DNA from: an uncultured Flavobacteriales bacterium
GTDB taxonomy: Bacteria > Pseudomonadota > Alphaproteobacteria > UBA8366 > JADFVY01
Direction: 5' to 3'
NCBI GenBank assembly: GCA_964347475.1
Contig: CAYFYY010000015.1
Span: 877 to 64,876, forward strand
DNA length: 64,000 bases
Positions 56,952 through 64,000 of the stretch are shown piece after piece. The notes under the pieces were generated by a model. That model was not told where the DNA came from. It saw only the letters and a program-made list of their open reading frames with translations, and searched no databases. The position numbers were made by a program, and so were the translations under genes. How positions within the stretch are numbered: the first letter of the stretch is position 1; every line of letters begins with the position of its first letter.

Positions 56952-58310
56952 ATGCGCATTTCATTCCTCGGCGGGGTCGGCACCGTAACGGGATCAAAGT
57001 ACCTCCTTGATACCGCGGGTCTCCGGATCCTCGTCGATTGCGGGTTGTATCAGGGCTTCAAGAACCTCCGGCTGCGCAACCGGGCGCCCCTGCCCGTCGA
57101 GCCGGCGAGCATAGACGTGGTGATCCTGACACACGCCCATATCGATCATTCGGGATACCTGCCGCTCCTGGTCCGCAACGGCTTCCATGGGCCCGTGCTG
57201 AGCACGCCGGGAACCCGGGAGCTCTGCGGCGTCCTTTTGCCCGACAGCGGGTTTCTGCAGGAAAAGGAGGCGGAGTTCGCCAATCGGCATGGCTTCTCGA
57301 AGCATCATCCGGCCTTGCCGCTCTACACCCGGCGGGATGCGGAACTTGCGCTGGAACGCATTCGGCCGGTCGAGTTCGATCGGGATCACCGGCTCGACGA
57401 CGCACTCACGGTCCGCTTCTCGCCGGCTGGACACATCCTGGGCGCGGCGCTGGTCCGCGTTACCGTCGGCGATATCAGCCTGCAGTTTTCAGGAGATCTG
57501 GGTCGACCGAACAGCCCGACGATGGTCGCCCCGGCAATCGTTCACGGCGCGGACTACCTGGTAGTCGAATCGACCTACGGCGACCGACGCCATGAGCCGC
57601 AGGACACCGAGGAACTACTGGCCGAGGTCATCCAAAGAACCGCGTCACGCGGCGGCACGGTTGTGATCCCGGCATTCGCGGTCGGGCGCACGCAGACCAT
57701 CCTCTACCACCTCGCGCGTCTGAAGCAGGCGCGACAGATCCCCGACGTCCCGGTGTATCTGGACAGCCCCATGGCCATCAACGCCAGCGAGCTGTACTGC
57801 AAGTATGTCGGCGAGCACCGGCTGACGCCGGAGGAATGCCGCGCCGCTTGCGGCGTAGCCACCTACGTGCGCACGGCGGAGGAGTCGAAGGCCCTGGATC
57901 ACGGCAATATGCCGATGGTCCTGATTGCCGCCAGCGGCATGGCAACGGGCGGACGCGTCGTGCACCATCTGAAGCGCTTTGCGCCGGATCGACGCAGCAC
58001 GATCCTGTTCGTGGGATTCCAGGCTGGCGGAACCCGCGGGGCTGCCATGGTAGCCGGCGCCGATGCGGTGAAGATCCATGGAGCCTACGTTCCGGTCAGA
58101 GCGGAGGTTCGAAACCTTCACATGCTGTCGGCACACGCGGACGTCGACGAGATCATGGGCTGGCTGGGCGGCTTCAGGCACCCTCCGAAGATGACGTTCG
58201 TCACGCACGGAGAGCCCGCCGCATCGGATGCCCTCCGCCATCGCATCGAAGAGGAACTCGGATGGGAGTGCCAGGTTCCCGGATATCGCGACCAGGCGGA
58301 CCTGAACTGA
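56952..58310 (+). CDS. MBL-fold beta-CASP family hydrolase (RNA-metabolising type)
   Basis: 452 aa with the HAHIDHSG motif, beta-CASP blocks (VVESTYGDR, IPAFAVGRTQ) and a C-terminal SAHAD motif. Confidence 0.85.
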   Translation: MRISFLGGVGTVTGSKYLLDTAGLRILVDCGLYQGFKNLRLRNRAPLPVEPASIDVVILTHAHIDHSGYLPLLVRNGFHGPVLSTPGTRELCGVLLPDSGFLQEKEAEFANRHGFSKHHPALPLYTRRDAELALERIRPVEFDRDHRLDDALTVRFSPAGHILGAALVRVTVGDISLQFSGDLGRPNSPTMVAPAIVHGADYLVVESTYGDRRHEPQDTEELLAEVIQRTASRGGTVVIPAFAVGRTQTILYHLARLKQARQIPDVPVYLDSPMAINASELYCKYVGEHRLTPEECRAACGVATYVRTAEESKALDHGNMPMVLIAASGMATGGRVVHHLKRFAPDRRSTILFVGFQAGGTRGAAMVAGADAVKIHGAYVPVRAEVRNLHMLSAHADVDEIMGWLGGFRHPPKMTFVTHGEPAASDALRHRIEEELGWECQVPGYRDQADLN

Positions 58311-58332
58311 CGTCAGGAGCGGGGACTGAAAG

Positions 58333-59853
58333 ATGCCGGCGGGAACGACTCTGAAAGCCAACGTCTTGCGGCTCAGGCGGCTTGGCATCGACACGCAGCA
58401 GGAGAACGTCGCCTATATGCGGCATGACTGTCACATCTGCCGTGCCGAGGGTTTCTTCGCACATGCGCGGATAAGGGCCGCTCACGGGTCGAAATCGATC
58501 ATCGTGACGCTGCACCATTTGCAGAACGATCTCCTGTCGGAGGGCGAGGCCAGCCTGTCGGAGGCGGCCTGGAAGCTGCTCGATGTCGAAGAGGGCGACG
58601 AGGTCAGCTTCAGCCACATGGACCCCCTCGAATCCCTCGGCTCGGTGCGGGCGAAGATCTATGGCCATCGGCTCGCCGAGCCGCAATTCGGCGAGATCAT
58701 CGACGACATTCTCGCCGGCCGCTATTCCGACATCCACATCGCAGCCTTCGTCACCGCCTGCGCGGGCGGCCGTCTGGATGGCGAAGAAATCGTCGCTCTC
58801 ACCAGGGCCATGGTCGATGCCGGCGATCGTCTGCAATGGCCTGCGACCAAGGTAGTGGACAAGCACTGCGTGGGGGGCCTTCCGGGCAACCGGACGACGC
58901 CGATCGTGGTCGCCATTGCGAGCGCCTGCGGCCTTACCATGCCCAAGACCTCTTCGCGCGCCATCACCTCTCCGGCGGGAACCGCCGATGCGATGGAGAC
59001 GCTGGCGCCGGTCGATCTCGACCTTGCGACCATGCGGAGAGTCGTCGAGCGCGAGGGCGGCTGCATCGTCTGGGGCGGCGCCGTCTGCCTCAGCCCGGCC
59101 GACGACGTGCTGATCCGGGTCGAGCGCGCCATCGACCTCGACAGCGAAGAGCAACTCGTCGCGTCCGTCCTTTCCAAGAAGGCGGCCGCCGGTTCGACCC
59201 ACCTCGTTCTCGACCTGCCGGTCGGGCCGACCGCAAAGGTTCGGAGCCTGGCCGAGGCGGATTCGGTCACCGCACATTTGCGGAGAACGACGGAGGCGCT
59301 TGGTATCGAGGTCTCGATCGTCGTGACCGACGGTTCGCAGCCGGTAGGCCGGGGAATCGGCCCCGCTCTCGAGGCGCGCGATGTGTTGGCTGTCCTGAAC
59401 GACGCACCGGACGCGCCCGAGGATTTGCGGCGACGATCCATCGCGCTCGCGGGCGCCCTCCTCGAACTCGCGGCCGCAGCTCCGGCAGGAGGCGGGCAAG
59501 AGCTTGCCACGACCGTTCTCGACGATGGCCGGGCCAGGGACAAGTTCGAGCGGATCTGCGAGGCGCAAGGGGGGATGCGCACGCCGCCCACGGCCGACCA
59601 TCGCGCGCCACTGACCTCCCCCCTGTCCGGAAGAGTCATCGCGATCGACAACCGCCGCCTCGCGCGCGTGGCAAAGCTGGCAGGGGCGCCGGATGCCAAG
59701 GCTGCCGGTCTGGCTCTCCAGGTCCGAGTCGGGGATCGTGTCGATGCCGAGCAGCCGCTGTTTACCGTGCATTCCGAAACGGCGGGCGAGCTTTCCTACG
59801 CGATGGATTACGCCCGGGCGCATATGGACATGATTTCGATCGAGGCGGCATGA
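58333..59853 (+). CDS. Thymidine phosphorylase family protein, long 'type II'/AMP-phosphorylase-like form
   Basis: 506 aa with an N-terminal extension of about 85 aa, a helical-bundle domain (IIDDILAGRYSDIHIAAFVTA), and the phosphate/ribose site VDKHCVGGLPGNRTTP...TSSRAITSPAGTAD. Confidence 0.8.
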   Translation: MPAGTTLKANVLRLRRLGIDTQQENVAYMRHDCHICRAEGFFAHARIRAAHGSKSIIVTLHHLQNDLLSEGEASLSEAAWKLLDVEEGDEVSFSHMDPLESLGSVRAKIYGHRLAEPQFGEIIDDILAGRYSDIHIAAFVTACAGGRLDGEEIVALTRAMVDAGDRLQWPATKVVDKHCVGGLPGNRTTPIVVAIASACGLTMPKTSSRAITSPAGTADAMETLAPVDLDLATMRRVVEREGGCIVWGGAVCLSPADDVLIRVERAIDLDSEEQLVASVLSKKAAAGSTHLVLDLPVGPTAKVRSLAEADSVTAHLRRTTEALGIEVSIVVTDGSQPVGRGIGPALEARDVLAVLNDAPDAPEDLRRRSIALAGALLELAAAAPAGGGQELATTVLDDGRARDKFERICEAQGGMRTPPTADHRAPLTSPLSGRVIAIDNRRLARVAKLAGAPDAKAAGLALQVRVGDRVDAEQPLFTVHSETAGELSYAMDYARAHMDMISIEAA

Positions 59854-60743
59854 CCAGACCCCTGATCTTTGCTCTCCCCGGCAACGAGACGCTGGCCGAA
59901 ACGCTTGCACGCGGCGCGGACATGGAGATCGGCGACCTAGCGGTGCACCGGTTCCCGGATGGCGAGACCCACGTTCGCCTCGATACGGCCGTCGAGGGAC
60001 GTTCCGTGGTGATCGTCTGCACACTCGATCGACCCGACGAGAAGCTGATGCCGCTGATCTTTAGCGCCGCCGCCGCTCGGGACCTTGGCGCCGCACGCAT
60101 CGGGCTGGTCGCCCCGTACCTCGCCTACATGCGCCAGGACCGGCGCTTCCAGCCCGGCGAGGCCATTACTTCTATCCATTTTGCAGGGATGCTCGGCTCC
60201 TGGATCGACTGGCTGGTGACCGTCGATCCGCATCTTCACCGGCGCCATGCGCTCTCGGAGATCTATCCGGTCCCTGCCGCGGTCGTCCATGCAGCCCAGG
60301 CAATCGCCCGTTGGATCGGGCATGAGGTGCAGAAACCTCTGCTTTTCGGACCCGATGAGGAAAGCGAACAGTGGGTCTCCGAGATCGCACGCGGCGCGAA
60401 CGCGCCGCACGTCATCTCGCAGAAGGTTCGCCATGGAGACCGGCACGTCGAAATACACATTCCGGAGATCACGCATTGGCGGGAGCATACACCGGTCCTG
60501 GTCGACGACATCATTTCGACGGGTCACACCATGATCGAAACCATCTCGCACCTGAAGAAGGCGGGGCTTGGGGCGCCCGTTTGCATCGGGGTCCACGGCG
60601 TCTTCGCCGGCACGTCCTATATTGACCTGCAGAACGCGGGGGCGCGCTCGATCGTGACTTGCAACACGATTCCGCATGTCTCCAACGCGATAGATATTTC
60701 CGGACTGCTGAGTGGTCCCGTCACCCGGCTGGCCACGTCGTAA
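59850..60743 (+). CDS. Ribose-phosphate pyrophosphokinase (Prs)-like phosphoribosyltransferase-fold protein
   Basis: ATG at 59850 overlaps the upstream stop (ATGA); 297 aa. RFPDGETHVRL N-domain and the PRPP loop VLVDDIISTGHTM. Confidence 0.8.
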   Translation: MTRPLIFALPGNETLAETLARGADMEIGDLAVHRFPDGETHVRLDTAVEGRSVVIVCTLDRPDEKLMPLIFSAAAARDLGAARIGLVAPYLAYMRQDRRFQPGEAITSIHFAGMLGSWIDWLVTVDPHLHRRHALSEIYPVPAAVVHAAQAIARWIGHEVQKPLLFGPDEESEQWVSEIARGANAPHVISQKVRHGDRHVEIHIPEITHWREHTPVLVDDIISTGHTMIETISHLKKAGLGAPVCIGVHGVFAGTSYIDLQNAGARSIVTCNTIPHVSNAIDISGLLSGPVTRLATS

Positions 60744-60831
60744 CGGCGTGGTATCGTCGTACATCGCAGCTCTATCGCCCGAAGGAGCCTGACTCCTGTT
60801 CTCGACTCGGCCGCGATATCGAGGGCGAGCC

Positions 60832-61410
60832 TTACTCCGCGTGCTCGACGCTTTCGAGAAAAGAAATCCAGTGCGCGGGAAGACCATGGGCCCGCGCACC
60901 CTCTCTGAGCAGCGAGATATAGCGCAGCGAGGGGTTTCCGTCCTTGTCCTTGCCGTCGGCGATATAGGTGACCGCGCTTACGGGGTTGCCGCCGATGTCC
61001 TCTGCGGAGAGCCAGAGTGGGCGGTAGCGCCAGCCGGGGATGCCCTCGCTCGCGTTCAGCCGGACGAGCTCGCGCCGGCGGAGCCGGTAAAGCACGCCCC
61101 ACACCTCTGCGTCCCCGTCCGGGCATATATTCGCCGGCGCCGCCCGTCCCCGGGGGCGGCCTTCGAGATTGAACCTCAGGCGGTAGCCGATGATCCGACC
61201 GGCCCGCCATTCCTCGGGCCGCATGCCGCGCCGTTCGCGGAAGGCGCTGTCATGCATGTTGGCGCCGTAGGCAAAATACCAGACCTCGTCCGCGGGATGG
61301 CCGTCGAGCGTCAGCCCCCAGGCACGATACCAGAGCCGGGCGAGCGGCCAGACCCGGAGGATCACGGGAGTCCAGGCCCGCTTCAGGCCACGCCGCGCGT
61401 TACGCCACAT
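60832..61410 (-). CDS. Gamma-glutamylcyclotransferase-like (AIG2/GGCT fold) protein
   Basis: 192 aa with the YFAYGANM signature and a downstream E (WGVLYRL...). The start overlaps the MFS stop (TGATG). Confidence 0.75.
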   Translation of the reverse strand: MWRNARRGLKRAWTPVILRVWPLARLWYRAWGLTLDGHPADEVWYFAYGANMHDSAFRERRGMRPEEWRAGRIIGYRLRFNLEGRPRGRAAPANICPDGDAEVWGVLYRLRRRELVRLNASEGIPGWRYRPLWLSAEDIGGNPVSAVTYIADGKDKDGNPSLRYISLLREGARAHGLPAHWISFLESVEHAE

Positions 61411-62705
61411 CAGCCTTTCTCCAGTCCCGACAGTCGCGCGTAGAGCGCGAGCTGCACACCCGCCGCCGCCGCCGCGACAGCGAATATGCCGGAAAGCGAC
61501 ACCGCATCGGCGATAGCTGCGCCGAGCAGCGGCAGAAGTGCGGCGGGAGAGGCGAGCGCGTTGAAGTAGGCGGAATAGGCGGGGCGCCGGTCATTCGGCG
61601 AGATTTCCATCAGATAGCCGAGATAGGCGATGGTCATGCCGTTCACCAGCGCGCCGACGGCGATGAACAGCACCGCGAAGGCGGCAAGCAAGGCCGGCGG
61701 CGTGAACCCATCCGCTCCGGCGATGACGGCGAGCGCGCCGAGCGGCGGCCCCAGCCGGAGACCGCCGACCGCCCGCAACAGGGCGAGTTTCCCGAACCGG
61801 TCGCCAATGCGGCCCCACAGCGCGTTCGACGACAGCGAGCCCGCGGTCTGGACGCCCAGCAGGATGCCGACCGCCGCCACGCCAAGCCCGGTGTCGGCCG
61901 CGGCGACGATATAGAACGGCAGGGCCATGAGCGTCGCCCCGCCCAGCCACTGTGTATACAGAAACAGCCGAAACCGCGCGTCCGATCGCAGCACATCCAG
62001 GCCGCCCCTGACGAACTGCCCGAAATCCCCTGTGCTCGTGTCCTTTGTGGGCGGGGTCGGCGGCTCGCCCGCGGAAACGAAGCTGAGGGAGGAGACGAAC
62101 ATCAGCACCGCCGCCATTGCGAAGATCAGCGCGTAGGCCGTCAGCAATGTCTGGGTTGCGAGCAGCCTGTGTATGATGGCGGCGACCCCGAGGGCCAGCA
62201 CCCCGCCGCCGAAGAAGCGCCAGGCCAGCATTCGGCTTCGCGTTCCCGATGGGATCGAGCGGCCGACGATGTCGTTGTACGGTACCGCGACGATCCCGCT
62301 GATGAAGGCGTACAGCGTCCACAGCGCGAGGAACCCGCCCGCGACCCAGCCGCCCACGGACTCGCCGGCGGCCGCCAGTAGCAGCGCAATGAGGGCAAGG
62401 CAGCTCGCCCGGCCGAAGGCGCCGGCGACATAGAACGGCATGCGGCGTTCGGCGCGCTGCGCGAGGAAGCCGACGACCAGCTGCGGCAGCAGCCAGCCGA
62501 GACGCAGAACCGCGCTCGCCGCGCCCACTGCGTAGACGTTGCCGGTCAGGTAATAGACGAGGCTGGCGACGATCGTGGCCGAATCGACCGCCGAGGATCC
62601 GGCCTGGAACGCGGCGCCGGCGGCGGTGATTTTCCAGAATACGGATCCGCCCTCCTTTTCTTCGGGCTTCCGCGCGGGCCCCAGAAAGGCGTCAGGGGGT
62701 GGCAT
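61410..62705 (-). CDS. MFS transporter
   Basis: 431 aa with about 12 hydrophobic segments and an MFS-like loop GFLAQRAERRMP between TM2 and TM3. Confidence 0.75.
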   Translation of the reverse strand: MPPPDAFLGPARKPEEKEGGSVFWKITAAGAAFQAGSSAVDSATIVASLVYYLTGNVYAVGAASAVLRLGWLLPQLVVGFLAQRAERRMPFYVAGAFGRASCLALIALLLAAAGESVGGWVAGGFLALWTLYAFISGIVAVPYNDIVGRSIPSGTRSRMLAWRFFGGGVLALGVAAIIHRLLATQTLLTAYALIFAMAAVLMFVSSLSFVSAGEPPTPPTKDTSTGDFGQFVRGGLDVLRSDARFRLFLYTQWLGGATLMALPFYIVAAADTGLGVAAVGILLGVQTAGSLSSNALWGRIGDRFGKLALLRAVGGLRLGPPLGALAVIAGADGFTPPALLAAFAVLFIAVGALVNGMTIAYLGYLMEISPNDRRPAYSAYFNALASPAALLPLLGAAIADAVSLSGIFAVAAAAAGVQLALYARLSGLEKG

Positions 62706-63750
62706 CGGCCTTCACCTCCGCAAGGCGCGCTTCGCGGATGTCGACGCCGCTCCACCACAGGTATGGCAGGCCGAGCCCCACCATAAGCCCGATGGTGAAA
62801 ACATGGCTGAACAAAATCATCGCCAGCGCCTGTTCGTCGGCGACGCCGAGCAGTCTCAGCGCAAAACCGGCCCCAATGACGAAGCCGCCGGGCACGCGGG
62901 TAAAACGGGCGAGCACCATGGCGAAACCCGCGAAAACCATGAGAAACAGATAGTCGAATGGCGCGAGTACGACGCCGAGGGCGAGACCCGCCCAGAGGAA
63001 ATGCGTGGCGGCGACGATCTTCATCGCGACACTCGCCAGTATTGCGCCGATCTGGCGGCGGCGGTCGCGCGGCCAGATGATACCCTCCCGGACCGCCGCC
63101 CGCAGCCCGTCGAGGCGCGCGCCTCCCTTCGCGGCCAGCCAGTCGAGCCCCCGGCTTATCCACGCGTCCTCCCGTCCCAGCGGCGAGCGGCCGGCGAACA
63201 GCAAGTAGAGCAGCATGGAAAACAGCAGCAGGTTCAGACCGCCCGCGACCGCAAGGCCGGTCCGCACGTCGCCCTCGACGTCCGGGATGTGGCCGGCGGT
63301 CACGACAAGCGCGGCGAACAGGGCGAACACGATGCCGTCGAGGAAGCGCTCGATCGCCGTCGTCATCAGAACGCTGGCCCAGCGCAAACCTTCCAGGCGC
63401 GCGATCAGCCACGACCGCACCAGCGGGCTCACGCCAAGCGGAATCAGGATCGCGACACCATAGCCCGCGAGCGTCGCGCCCAAGAGCCGTGTACTGGAAA
63501 CCGGCTTCACATCGAACAGGATCTGCCGCCACTTCCAGCTGCGGGTCAGCTGCTCGAGAAGGATGGCGCCGGCAAGAACAAGAAGCCAGGCCGGTTTGGC
63601 GTCCACGATCGCCGACCCGAACCGCGCAAGGTCGAGGTCCCGGTAAAGCCAGGACAACGCGGCAATCGCCAGCGCGGCGCCGATTGCCGGCAAGAGCCAG
63701 CGGATCAAAAACCCGCGGCCGCCTTTGGCCGATTTCGAATTCGGTTCCAA
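62692..63750 (-). CDS. UPF0104 / lysylphosphatidylglycerol-synthase transmembrane (flippase-like) domain protein
   Basis: 352 aa polytopic protein. N-terminus RWLLPAIGAALAIAALSWLYRDLDLARFGSAI...QLTRSWKWRQIL is typical of this family. Overlaps the MFS start by 14 nt. Confidence 0.7.
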   Translation of the reverse strand: MEPNSKSAKGGRGFLIRWLLPAIGAALAIAALSWLYRDLDLARFGSAIVDAKPAWLLVLAGAILLEQLTRSWKWRQILFDVKPVSSTRLLGATLAGYGVAILIPLGVSPLVRSWLIARLEGLRWASVLMTTAIERFLDGIVFALFAALVVTAGHIPDVEGDVRTGLAVAGGLNLLLFSMLLYLLFAGRSPLGREDAWISRGLDWLAAKGGARLDGLRAAVREGIIWPRDRRRQIGAILASVAMKIVAATHFLWAGLALGVVLAPFDYLFLMVFAGFAMVLARFTRVPGGFVIGAGFALRLLGVADEQALAMILFSHVFTIGLMVGLGLPYLWWSGVDIREARLAEVKADATP

Positions 63751-64000
63751 CGTCCCGCCATCGTAGCGTCTGTGCGTTCAGTGTGGCGCACCTGATCCGC
63801 GATCGGAAGCGTTCGACACGAGAAGGTGATTGCGGCGTGCCGATTGCCCCTCAACGGGGGAAGGTTGCGGCACCCTTCGGGGCCTCGTTCTGGCAAATGG
63901 CCATATGAGCGCCCGTTCTGCCGGATATTTTGTGTCGCATGCTCTGTAACGTCGAGCAGACCTTCCCGCCCCGAGCTTCGGCTTTACGCCCTGAAGCGGA

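Overview
This is a high-GC window that reads as chromosomal, with gene content typical of an alphaproteobacterium (Rhodospirillales-like); that placement is inference only. It is densely coded, and many long antisense ORFs are GC-driven artefacts. In order it contains: a SUF Fe-S operon (sufC' D S U T, an A-type carrier, a ferredoxin); a cell-surface glycan and sulfation locus (cytoplasmic sulfotransferase, rfbBACD, a periplasmic arylsulfotransferase-like propeller, three polytopic GT-C-like membrane proteins); korAB; a 12-heme periplasmic cytochrome c with a small Rap1a-like partner; mnmA; a NarL-type two-component pair; and tRNA-Met(CAU). Right after the tRNA comes a mostly non-coding 1.7 kb stretch with a small HTH gene and an array of 12 CTGCTAC repeats. 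Next is a 12 kb block bracketed by two roughly 220 bp direct repeats. That block carries archaemetzincin, PIMT and DJ-1, plus a complete B12/PLP-dependent ornithine oxidative-degradation cluster (ord-ortAB-oraSE-orr-alr) behind an hsp20. The rest holds a peptide uptake and peptidase locus, a repeat-rich 830 bp convergent gap, a Met-rich protein with a His-tailed cytochrome c and a Cys-less CueR-like MerR, a coupled beta-CASP / AMP-phosphorylase-like / Prs-like operon, and a coupled UPF0104-MFS-GGCT operon. I found no CRISPR array, integrase, transposase or known defence system. The most unusual items are the tRNA-linked iteron array with its repeat-bracketed island, the beta-CASP/phosphorylase/Prs trio, the dodecaheme cytochrome operon and the GT-C/sulfotransferase locus. 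All family assignments come from motifs read by eye; no database search was run.
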